Shown one piece after another: positions 33,349 through 41,692 of a stretch of DNA of 64,000 bases. The DNA lies in contig JACRPT010000146.1 in the NCBI GenBank assembly GCA_016223045.1, positions 1,760 to 65,759 of the forward strand, in the 5' to 3' direction. Positions within the stretch are counted from its first letter, which is position 1. The number at the start of each line of letters is the position of its first letter. Both the position numbers and the translations under genes were made by a program. A model generated the notes under the pieces. The model made no database searches. It was given only the letters and a program-made list of their open reading frames with translations, and had not been told where the DNA came from. The stretch is from Candidatus Eiseniibacteriota bacterium. GTDB lineage: Bacteria; Eisenbacteria; RBG-16-71-46.

Positions 33349-33510
33349 AACTGCGTGTATTCTCGCGGTCTGTGGGGTTTTCGCCCCGCGCATCTCGTCA
33401 AAATCCTCGAATCGCCACCCCGCGACACACCGCGCCACCGGGCCGGCGCTCGTCTGTCAATCCTCTGCCACACAACGGCTTGAAGACATGATCGCCGCGC
33501 GCATGCGGAC

Positions 33511-33525
33511 CGGCACGGTCCTCGC
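33511..33525 (+). promoter_or_regulatory. Sigma54 -24/-12 promoter
   Basis: CGGCACGGTCCTCGC, about 50 nt before the ATG at 33578 and 100-200 bp downstream of the UAS-like sites. Confidence 0.65.
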
Positions 33526-33577
33526 CCTGTGAGGTTCACGTCCCCCTGGACCGTCGAACCCTCACCCGGAGACTCCC

Positions 33578-33883
33578 ATGCGCCTCGCCCGACTCCTCGC
33601 ACTCACCCTCACCCTGCTCTGCCTCTGCGTCGGCGCCGCCAGCGCTCAAATGGGCGTTCCGCCGACCACGGGGGGGACCAGCCTCCAGCAGACCGCGCCC
33701 GAACCGACCACCTCGCCCGCCGGCTACGGCGACTGGCTCACCAGCCTCACGGCGCGACTTGGCGACCGCTTCGCCCTGGCCGCGCAGAGCTGGCTGATGC
33801 CGGTGCGCCGGCCGGTGGCGGCGGTGGCGCCCGATCGGGCCCCCGCACCGCGCGTGGCCGTGACCCCGCGCCGGAAGCCGTAG
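33578..33883 (+). CDS. Small secreted protein
   Basis: Signal peptide ending ASA-Q; GGAGA SD; followed by hairpin 33893-33920. Confidence 0.65.
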   Translation: MRLARLLALTLTLLCLCVGAASAQMGVPPTTGGTSLQQTAPEPTTSPAGYGDWLTSLTARLGDRFALAAQSWLMPVRRPVAAVAPDRAPAPRVAVTPRRKP

Positions 33884-33964
33884 ATGCCGACAGCGCTGCC
33901 CGTGTGCACTTGGGCAGCGCCCGCTCGCATGGAGTACCACACGCTCAAGGAGGAGGTTGTCACG

Positions 33965-34699
33965 ATGACCCGCTTCATCTTGGCACTCGTAATCGGACTG
34001 GCCCTCGCGGGGGGCACCGCAAGCGCAGCCCCCGAGAAGATCGACGCGGGCAACCCGACGTACTTCAGTGGGAACCAGCGGAACCTCCCGGTCAGCATGA
34101 CGTTGACCCCGCAGGCAGCCGTACAGTGGGCCTACACGATGCCCGCCGTACAGGCTGCGGTGCAGGAGATGCAGCGCCGGGGCTACATCGCACACCCGGA
34201 GTACGACAACGCCGTGAACGTGAACGATCCGCCTTCGACCTTCGTAACCCTGTCATTCGAAAAGCCCGGCCTCACAACGCCCTCGAACATCTCCGGTGCA
34301 CCCGCCATCATCATCGGTACGGTACTGCAACCGGATGGCACCGCGTTCACGAATGCGACGGGCGGGCTCGCCTTCGTCAACTGGGACACCGGTCTGTGCC
34401 AGAGTGCCGAAGAGTACCCGGAGTTCCAGTACAGCGACCCGAGCTTCGACGTGATGGACTACTACATCACGAGTACCGGCATCCGCCGCCCCCTCCCGCA
34501 ACCCGTGATCTTGGGCGCAACGGATTCGCCGGGCGACAAGAAGTTCCGCAAGTTCATGGGTTGTACGACCATTGTCGCCGCGGGCGCGCTCGTCAAGGCC
34601 GCGCTGACCCCACCACCAATCCCCCAGAAGGTCGTGATTGACGCGGCGCTCACGACGATCTTCGGCGCAATTGCATGCGCCAATGGCATCTTCAACTGA
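33965..34699 (+). CDS. Secreted protein A: conserved N-domain + bacteriocin-like C-terminus (candidate toxin)
   Basis: AGGAGGT SD; signal peptide; paralogous to 35995-36828; hydrophobic 2-Cys C-terminal hairpin. Confidence 0.75.
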   Translation: MTRFILALVIGLALAGGTASAAPEKIDAGNPTYFSGNQRNLPVSMTLTPQAAVQWAYTMPAVQAAVQEMQRRGYIAHPEYDNAVNVNDPPSTFVTLSFEKPGLTTPSNISGAPAIIIGTVLQPDGTAFTNATGGLAFVNWDTGLCQSAEEYPEFQYSDPSFDVMDYYITSTGIRRPLPQPVILGATDSPGDKKFRKFMGCTTIVAAGALVKAALTPPPIPQKVVIDAALTTIFGAIACANGIFN

Positions 34700-34700
34700 C

Positions 34701-34928
34701 ATGCGCACGCTGAACGAAATCGTCTTCGGAGCCGTCAGCGCAATGCTCTGGTGGTTCCTGACCCACATCCCGCTCGTGGGCGTCGCTATCTTCGTCTCGC
34801 AGTGCATCTCGGTGGGCGTTGCCACGAAGTACCCACAGCACCCTGAGGTGTGGTGGGCCACCTTCGCTCGCGCCATCGCAGCAGGTGGGTTCTTCGCCGC
34901 AATCGGCATGCTCATGCTCCATCGGTAA
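34701..34928 (+). CDS. Small membrane protein (candidate immunity A)
   Basis: 75 aa, about 3 hydrophobic segments; starts 1 nt after the stop of protein A. Confidence 0.7.
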   Translation: MRTLNEIVFGAVSAMLWWFLTHIPLVGVAIFVSQCISVGVATKYPQHPEVWWATFARAIAAGGFFAAIGMLMLHR

Positions 34929-34949
34929 GGGAGACTGGAGGGTCCAAGC

Positions 34950-35462
34950 ATGCCGGGCAATGATCCTCGTGGGGGCGGCGTGACGCCCCCCGAGCAGCTC
35001 ATCCGGATGCACCGCCGCAGCCTCGTCCACGTGCTGGTGCTCCACGGCACGACGGCGGGGCGCGACCAGGTCGCGCGCGTCTTCCACCGCGAGAGCCCGG
35101 TGCGCAGCGGCCCGTTCGTGAAGCTCGACGCCGCGCGTGACGCAGACGCGCTGCACGCGGCCCTGGAGGCGTGCGTGGCGCGCGACGAGGAGGTCGGCGT
35201 GGTGCGCGAGTCGCACCGCGGCACGCTCTACGTGGACTTCGTCGGGCGGCTCCCGCTCGAGACCCAGCGCCTGCTGCTCGAGTTCTCGAAGCGCTCGACC
35301 TCCGACCTGCCGGGCGCGCGCGCCGCGGCGTGGGGCGGGCGAATCGTCGCTGGCAGCCCCAACGACCTGGCTCCCGCGGTCGCGCAGGGCCGCTTCATCG
35401 CCGAGCTCCACGACACGCTCAACAAGATCCTGGTGGACCTCGGGCAGGAAGGCGCGCCGTGA
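34950..35462 (+). CDS. Stand-alone degenerate sigma54-activator AAA+ domain
   Basis: AR..H..S....GPFVKL, GTLYVD.V..LP...Q..LL, RIVA, GRF..EL...LN; Walker A Lys, Walker B Glu and GAFTGA absent; alternative start GTG 34980. Confidence 0.75.
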   Translation: MPGNDPRGGGVTPPEQLIRMHRRSLVHVLVLHGTTAGRDQVARVFHRESPVRSGPFVKLDAARDADALHAALEACVARDEEVGVVRESHRGTLYVDFVGRLPLETQRLLLEFSKRSTSDLPGARAAAWGGRIVAGSPNDLAPAVAQGRFIAELHDTLNKILVDLGQEGAP

Positions 35463-35845
35463 CGCGGGCGACGCGCGGCCAAGTCCTGCTGCTCACCGCG
35501 CGCCCCGCGGCGCATGGGAAGCTGGTTCGCGCGCTGCGCGGGCTGGGCGCACGCGTGAGCGTCCCGCACGCCGCGCCGCAGACGCTGCGCCTGATCGCCC
35601 GCCGGCCCACCCTGGTCCTCGTGGACCTTGCCAACGGCGCGGGCCTCACGCCAGAGATCGTGGACCTGCTCAACCGCCGCCGCGATCCAATCCTGGTCCT
35701 CGCGCTGCACGACGGCAGTTTCGGGCTGCGCGAGCGCGCGGTCGCCGGGCTGAGCGTCGCCGGCTTCTGCCCCGCGCACGACAGCCAGCCGATCGTGAAC
35801 GTGGTGGCCGGCCTGCGCGCCGGGGGCGCCGTCGCCGTCCACTGA
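35459..35845 (+). CDS. Receiver-like (pseudo-response regulator) domain protein
   Basis: GTGA overlap; 'QVLLLT', 'PTLVLVDL', 'PILVLAL' strand pattern of a CheY fold. Confidence 0.55.
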   Translation: MTRATRGQVLLLTARPAAHGKLVRALRGLGARVSVPHAAPQTLRLIARRPTLVLVDLANGAGLTPEIVDLLNRRRDPILVLALHDGSFGLRERAVAGLSVAGFCPAHDSQPIVNVVAGLRAGGAVAVH

Positions 35846-35894
35846 GCCGGCTTGACTTGGGTTGTGCGGTTAGACCAGCGAGGAGGCACCGAGC

Positions 35895-35960
35895 ATGCGG
35901 GTGGTCGCGATTGCGCTGTTGTCGCTGGCGACAGGTGGTGAACATGCGGGGGTTGGATGA
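35895..35960 (+). pseudogene. Signal-peptide stub MRVVAIALLSLATGGEHAGVG
   Basis: Strong GAGGAGG SD and a hydrophobic start, then a stop after 21 codons. Confidence 0.4.
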
Positions 35961-35994
35961 AGCGGCTCATTGAGCATCCAGAGGAGGATGTCAC

Positions 35995-36828
35995 ATGAGG
36001 AAGTATGGGCGCGTTTCGATTCTTCTGATCGCTGTGCAATTGCTGGCCGGGGTCGTGGCTTGGGCACAAGAACCAGAACCTGTATTGTGGGTACCTCCCA
36101 GTCAGCGACAGCCGACGTACTGGACGAGATGGAACGGCGGGGCGCGCAACCTGCCCTATGGCTCGTCGGTAAGCTCCTCACTGGTGCTGCAGACCGCTCT
36201 TAGCATGCCGTGGATACAGGACGGGATTGGTCGAATGCAGTCCCGTGGATACTTGCGGCGGACCGATATGGACGGGGCCTCGAGTCGAGATGGGTACGCC
36301 TGCGCGGTAGTCGCCTTTGAGAAGCCGGGCGTCGCGCCCACGGCAGAGCAGCCGATCATCTTTGTGAGTACGGCGCCGATTCCCGCAATCGACCAGATGA
36401 CTGGTGACACGATCGCCGTGGTTGCGACCCAGGTGTTCGCCGGGATGGTTGCGGATTCATCGGGTACGGTCGTGACGCGCGAGACTGCCTCCGACCCATC
36501 GGAGGCGCTGACGGTGACTCCTGCGTTGAACACGACTGCGACCGTCATGCCTCTCATGAACTCGGAAGATCTCGAGTACCGCTACGCCGGCTACAGTCTC
36601 GCCAGCAATGGGGCGTCGGACCCCTATACTGCCGTCTGGAATGCCATCCCGCCCGTGTGGCGGAACTTTGGCATATATGTGGGCGTCGGCGCTGCGGCAG
36701 GATATGCCGGGGGCGGAGGATGGCTCGGCGCGGCCGTTTGGGGCGCTGCGTCGGGAGTCCTCTACTGGTTTGGGCCTCCATGCAGTTGCCCGCCGACCCG
36801 CTCGGATCCCAACGGAACCCGGAGGTGA
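35995..36828 (+). CDS. Secreted protein B: conserved N-domain + Gly/Ala/Trp-rich bacteriocin-like C-terminus (candidate toxin)
   Basis: GAGGAGG SD; signal peptide AWA-Q; shares PTY, RNLP, MP..Q, MQ.RGY, FEKPG with protein A. Confidence 0.75.
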   Translation: MRKYGRVSILLIAVQLLAGVVAWAQEPEPVLWVPPSQRQPTYWTRWNGGARNLPYGSSVSSSLVLQTALSMPWIQDGIGRMQSRGYLRRTDMDGASSRDGYACAVVAFEKPGVAPTAEQPIIFVSTAPIPAIDQMTGDTIAVVATQVFAGMVADSSGTVVTRETASDPSEALTVTPALNTTATVMPLMNSEDLEYRYAGYSLASNGASDPYTAVWNAIPPVWRNFGIYVGVGAAAGYAGGGGWLGAAVWGAASGVLYWFGPPCSCPPTRSDPNGTRR

Positions 36829-36831
36829 GCC

Positions 36832-37137
36832 ATGAATCACACTATGGACAAGCTCGCGGCGGATGCGGAAGCGTCCACCTTGACTGATGCGGCGAAGGCC
36901 AACAGGCACTTTGCGGCTGCTGCGGCTGTGGTCTCCGGGCTTGCGTGGGGGCTGCTGGCCAGGAACGCATACGTCTTCTTGTTGACCGTCGCGCTCTGCC
37001 TGAGCCACAGCCTCTACTCCGACATGAGAAGGGATTCGAAGCTCAAGCGCGCCGGCTACTCCGTATTCGTGGGGGCGTGGGTGTATCTCGTGACGTGCCT
37101 GATGGAGCACGGCGGACTGTTGAGGGCAGTCCGCTGA
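36832..37137 (+). CDS. Small membrane protein (candidate immunity B)
   Basis: 101 aa, about 3 TM segments; GGAGGT SD overlapping the stop of protein B. Confidence 0.7.
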   Translation: MNHTMDKLAADAEASTLTDAAKANRHFAAAAAVVSGLAWGLLARNAYVFLLTVALCLSHSLYSDMRRDSKLKRAGYSVFVGAWVYLVTCLMEHGGLLRAVR

Positions 37138-38225
37138 GTGCGAATCGCGTTCCAAACTTCGGGCCTTGGCTCGACTGTGTTGCGCTTGGTGGTCGGTTCG
37201 TCGTGGCCTGCAAGGATGGGCCGAGTGGCTACTACACGCTTGACGCGTGCAATCCGAACGACTACAGCACGATGGCCTTTGGTGGCACGTCGGCCGCAGC
37301 GCCATTCGTAAGTGGCGTCGCGGCGCTCCTGTTGAAGTTGAATCCCAACCTGATCGGCGAGGACATCCAGGAGCTGATCAACCGCACGGCGATCAATCTT
37401 TCCTACGGCGGCGGGTTTACGGACCAATACGGGCACGGCTACGTCCGGGCAGATCTTGCCAAGGCCAAGCTCGACGGACGCGAGCTGTTCCATTTCGCGG
37501 TCGGCGACGTGCCGTGGGCTCTTGGACCTTTGACGGATGTCGAACAGGCGGACGTCTCGATCTTCTTCCTCAACGTCCAGCAGTGGTTCCCCTCTCCAAG
37601 CAGCTATCCGTGCCGCCGACATCGGCTGGCGGCAACGGTGCAATGGCCGCACTCCTTTCCGGACCTGCCGACGGTGTGGACGCGGTCGAGCGGGAGCCTG
37701 GGGTGGCGGTCGATCGGACCGTCGCCCGACTACTTCGACTACGAGAAGGACGTCTATGAGGGCGGAGTAGTGGGCGGGACGGTGAGCCAGACTGGCGCGA
37801 CCTTCGAGACCTACGTCTACGAGGTCTACTACAACGGCGCATACCACTGGTGGCCGACGGATCCGGGCCATGCCCGCTTGATGATCACCGCCCTCGGTGG
37901 CTTGGCGAACACGGGAGTGCGGGATCCTGCTGTGGCCAGGGTCACCGAGGTCCGCTCGTTTCCGAATCCGGCCAGGAGCGGCGTGCAGTTCGAAGTCAGC
38001 GTTCCGGAGCGGGGTCTGGTGCGGGCCGTAGTGCTCGACGCGCAGGGCAGGCAGGTCGCGCTGGTCGCTAGCGAGATGATGGAGGCCGGCCGGAGGAGAT
38101 TCGCCTGGGGCGGGCGGATGGCGGACGGGCAGTGGGCCCCGGCGGGCGTATACTTCTGCAAGGTGCGCTCGAGCGGCGGACAGGCGGTCCGAAGGTTCGT
38201 GCTGCTGGGCGCAAACAGGGAGTAG
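37138..38225 (+). pseudogene. 5'-truncated S8 (subtilisin) peptidase with C-terminal FlgD-Ig-like domain
   Basis: NFGPWLD.VA, GTSAAAPFVSGVAALL (catalytic Ser), YGHG; FPNP...W.G...G...PAGVYF; catalytic Asp/His, signal peptide and prodomain absent. Confidence 0.75.
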
Positions 38226-38326
38226 CGCGCATCGGGGTGGATGCGGGCTCTCAATGTCACCGGGAACCCGGCTGCTTGCTGGGCAGTGAGTAGGGTGCTA
38301 CGAGGCGTCGCGCGGAGGAGGTTGAG

Positions 38327-39310
38327 ATGTCGAGGAGACGAAGCTACATCGCATGGCCCGCGCTCGCGATGCCGCTGTTCCTTGGCTCATGCGAGAAGAG
38401 CCCGGTTGCCCCCGTGAAGCCCGATGGAGCGCGTCGCGACACCCTGCCACGGTTTGCGCAGGTAGACTATCCGCTCAGTTGGTCCACGGACGGGAATCTC
38501 GCGGCGTTCCGCCGCTGCGTGCCCAGCAGCTACGGCGGGCCGGGCCTCTACGTCATCCCGCGCTTCGGTGGCAAACCCCTCTACGTCCTTCCGGCCAACA
38601 TCTTCTGGCCGAAGGAGGTTCGGTTCTCTCCCGATGGCACCCGGGTTGCCGGGGTCTGGAACTTCTCGCTCTTCATCGCGGATCTCCGCACCGGCCGCGT
38701 GGACTGGCCCTACTACACGGCCAACGGAGTAGGGGGGGTGGATTGGTCGCCTGACGGGAATACGCTGCTGCTCAGCAGGCGCTTCTACCTGCCTGAGCAG
38801 CCCGAAGACTCGGCCGGTGTCCATTTGTTCGATGTTCGTACCGGGCGGGACGAGGTGTTCCTCTCCCGGGGCCGTCATGTCTATGGAGGAGACCCGCGGT
38901 GGTCGCCGGATGGGGATTCGTTCGCAGTGGTCGAGTACACCGATGGAGCGGCTCGCGTGGCAATCTATGGGCTGCGTGACAGTTCGCTCAAGATCGTCTG
39001 GCCTGGCACCCGGGCGGATGATTTCGAGAACCTGCAATGGGTGCGACCCGCCCTCTTCGGGCATCTCAAGCTGGCGGTGCGGAAGTACGTGGGGGAACGC
39101 CAGGGGTCATACTTGATGGACCCGGACGGTTCCCGCCTGGAGCGGCTGCCCTACAGTATCTTCTTTTCCGCATTGTCCCCGACGCGTCCGGAGTTGCTCA
39201 CGCTCGGCTGGTCAGGAGCGGATTCCTTGGGGGTCGTCGGGGTAGACTGGGTCTCCGAAGATCGTGTCCTGTGGGGGCGCCGGCTCACGGCGTGGCGACC
39301 GCCCCAGTGA
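38327..39310 (+). CDS. Lipoprotein with TolB/PD40-like beta-propeller
   Basis: Lipobox LGSC; repeats WSTDG, FSPDG, WSPDG x2; GGAGG SD. Confidence 0.8.
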   Translation: MSRRRSYIAWPALAMPLFLGSCEKSPVAPVKPDGARRDTLPRFAQVDYPLSWSTDGNLAAFRRCVPSSYGGPGLYVIPRFGGKPLYVLPANIFWPKEVRFSPDGTRVAGVWNFSLFIADLRTGRVDWPYYTANGVGGVDWSPDGNTLLLSRRFYLPEQPEDSAGVHLFDVRTGRDEVFLSRGRHVYGGDPRWSPDGDSFAVVEYTDGAARVAIYGLRDSSLKIVWPGTRADDFENLQWVRPALFGHLKLAVRKYVGERQGSYLMDPDGSRLERLPYSIFFSALSPTRPELLTLGWSGADSLGVVGVDWVSEDRVLWGRRLTAWRPPQ

Positions 39311-39515
39311 CGCGCCTCCCGAGCAGCTCATCCGGATGCCCTGCCGCAGCCTCGTCCACGTCCTGGTCCTCGCGCTCCACGACGGCAGCCTCGGATTGCG
39401 CGAGCGTGCGGCCGCCGGGCTGAGCGTCGCCGGCTTCTGCCCCGCGCACGACAGCCAGCCGATCGTGAATGTAGTGGCCGGCATGCGCGCCGGGGACGCT
39501 GTCTCCCTCCACTGA
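39307..39515 (+). pseudogene. Internally deleted copy of the 34980-35845 gene pair (direct repeat)
   Basis: 39307-39360 matches 34980-35031; 39361-39515 matches 35691-35845 (141/155 by manual count). Confidence 0.9.
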
Positions 39516-39656
39516 AGCGCCCGGCCGCGCCGGGCTCCCTGCCGCGTCGCCGCCGCAGGTTGACGCCCGCGCGCGACGGAGGCTAATGTCCGGGCTCCTT
39601 CGCAACCGATACCAGGGAAGGTTCGGCCTGCCCCCTGCGGGGCTTCTGGAGGTTCC

Positions 39657-40628
39657 ATGCAGTTGCGCGCCCTGCGCCGCTGGGGAGCGTTGCTCCTCGT
39701 GACCCTGGTGGCGTGCCCGGCCATGACGGCCGGCGCCACCGCCCGCTCCACCCGAGATCGCGCCCCGACCCGCGTGCAGGCCACCCGGACCGGCACGGGC
39801 GCCGCGGTGGCGAAGCGTGCCCGTCCCCGGCGCGCCCGCCGCGCGCCCGCCCGCCGTGCGCGCCGGCGCGGCCCCAGGGGCGTGGTCTACGCCCGCAACG
39901 CCATCGTCGTGGACCCGCTGACCGAGCGGGTGCTGTTCGAGAAGCAGTCCGGCGAGACCGTGCCGATCGCGAGCCTCACCAAGCTCATGACCGCGCTGGT
40001 GTTCCTCGAGCAGAAACCCGACCTCAGGCGCGTGGCCGAGGTCACGCGGGCCGAGATCTCGGGCGGGGGCCACACCCAGCTCCGCAACCACGAGCAGGTC
40101 TCGCTCTACGACCTGCTCCACATGGGCCTGATGAACTCGGACAACGTGGCCACCCGCGTGCTGGCCCGCGAATCCGGGCTCACGGCCGACGCCTTCGTGG
40201 CGCGCATGAACGCGAGGGCCGCCGAGCTGGGGCTCGCGCACACCCACTACGTCGAGTTCACCGGTCTCGACGAGCGCAACGTCTCGACCGCCGCCGACAT
40301 CGCGAAGCTGCTCCGCGTCGCCGCGGACCACTACCTGATCCGCGAGATCACCACCACGCCGACCTACGTGTTCACCAGCGAGCGCCCGCCGCGCACGCAC
40401 CAGATCGTGAACTCGAACCGCCTGGTGCGCGGCAGCCGCTACGAGGTCAACTGCGGGAAGACCGGCTTCATCAGCGAGGCCGGTTACTGCGTGGCCACCT
40501 GGGTGCGCGACCGCGGGCGCGACCTGATCACCGTGGTGCTCGGCGCCCCCACCAACGCCACGCGCTTCGCCGACGTCGTCCGCCTGGTCCAGCGCACCGA
40601 GACGCTGAGCGTCAGCGAAGCCCGGTAG
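39657..40628 (+). CDS. S11 D-alanyl-D-alanine endo/carboxypeptidase (PBP7-like)
   Basis: SLTK, SDN and KTG motifs. Confidence 0.92.
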   Translation: MQLRALRRWGALLLVTLVACPAMTAGATARSTRDRAPTRVQATRTGTGAAVAKRARPRRARRAPARRARRRGPRGVVYARNAIVVDPLTERVLFEKQSGETVPIASLTKLMTALVFLEQKPDLRRVAEVTRAEISGGGHTQLRNHEQVSLYDLLHMGLMNSDNVATRVLARESGLTADAFVARMNARAAELGLAHTHYVEFTGLDERNVSTAADIAKLLRVAADHYLIREITTTPTYVFTSERPPRTHQIVNSNRLVRGSRYEVNCGKTGFISEAGYCVATWVRDRGRDLITVVLGAPTNATRFADVVRLVQRTETLSVSEAR

Positions 40629-40640
40629 CGCGGCCGCACC

Positions 40641-41456
40641 ATGACGACCCGCGACCGCGTCCGCGCGCTGCTGGCGGGACTCGTCGCCGGGATCGCGGGC
40701 GGGCTGTTCGGCGTCGGCGGCGGGCTGGTCCTTATCCCGCTGCTCACCGGCGGGCTCGGCCTCACGCAGCACCGCGCGCACGGCACCTCGCTCGCCGCGA
40801 TCGGGGCCACCGCGGCGGCTTCGCTGTTCGTCTACGGCGCGCACGCCAACGTGGCCTGGGGCACGGCGGCGCTGGTCGGGATCGCGAGCGTGCTGACGGC
40901 GCGCTACGGCGCGCGCTGGGCGGCGCGCACCTCGGCGCGCCGGCTGACGCACGCCTTCGCGGTGTTCCTGGTGCTGGTTGCGCTGCGGCTGCTGTGGAAG
41001 GCCCCGGCGCACGCGGGCTCGCCCTTCCCGCCCGGCGCGGCCGCGATCGGCTTCGACCTCGCCCTGGGGGCCGCGGCGGGTTTCCTGGCCGGCTTCATGG
41101 GCGTGGGCGGCGGGATTATCGCCGTGCCCGCCTTCAGCCTCGTCCTCGGGATGTCTCAGCAGGCCGCCCAGGGCACCTCGCTGGCGGTAATCCTGGTGAC
41201 CGCGCCGGCCGGAGCCATCGAGCACGCGCGCCACGGGAACGTGGCGGGCAAGCTGGTGCCGGCCCTGGCGCTGGGCGCGGCGCTGGGGGGCCCGCTGGCC
41301 TCCTGGCTGGCGCTGCGGCTGCCGCACGAGGCGCTGGCCAGGGCCTTCGGGGTGTTCCTGCTGGCCAACGCCCTGCACATGTGGGCCCGGTCGGGCCGGA
41401 TGACCCAGGAGAGTGGGGCAGTGGTCCCGAGGGAGACCTCTGGCGACTCGCGCTAA
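40641..41456 (+). CDS. TauE/SafE sulfite exporter family protein
   Basis: Two GVGGG...P and A.GTSLA repeats. Confidence 0.9.
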   Translation: MTTRDRVRALLAGLVAGIAGGLFGVGGGLVLIPLLTGGLGLTQHRAHGTSLAAIGATAAASLFVYGAHANVAWGTAALVGIASVLTARYGARWAARTSARRLTHAFAVFLVLVALRLLWKAPAHAGSPFPPGAAAIGFDLALGAAAGFLAGFMGVGGGIIAVPAFSLVLGMSQQAAQGTSLAVILVTAPAGAIEHARHGNVAGKLVPALALGAALGGPLASWLALRLPHEALARAFGVFLLANALHMWARSGRMTQESGAVVPRETSGDSR

Positions 41457-41692
41457 GCGCCTACGAAAAGGCGAAGTACCGCAGCTTCGAGCTTGAAGCC
41501 GCGCGGCGCTTTTCATAGAATTGTCGTGGTCACGAATTAAGGGTTGCCTGCGAGCAACGCTATCGGGGGCAGGCCCGGCCTCTCAATACGGGCAGCAGCG
41601 CCACGCGAACGCGCCCGAAGCCCAGGCCCCGCAGCGGGCGGTCGTCTGTCGTCATCGCATCAGGGCAAGGCATCCACAAGGAGACCCCCACC

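Noticed and set aside
36945..37137. Start of the 426-aa ORF as a complete protease gene
   Set aside because: This part overlaps the immunity-like gene in another frame, has no SD or signal peptide, and S8 similarity begins only after about 37140
41457..41692. Riboswitch/ncRNA in long intergenic regions (also 42395-42828)
   Set aside because: No recognisable riboswitch or tRNA consensus by eye; would need an Infernal/Rfam scan
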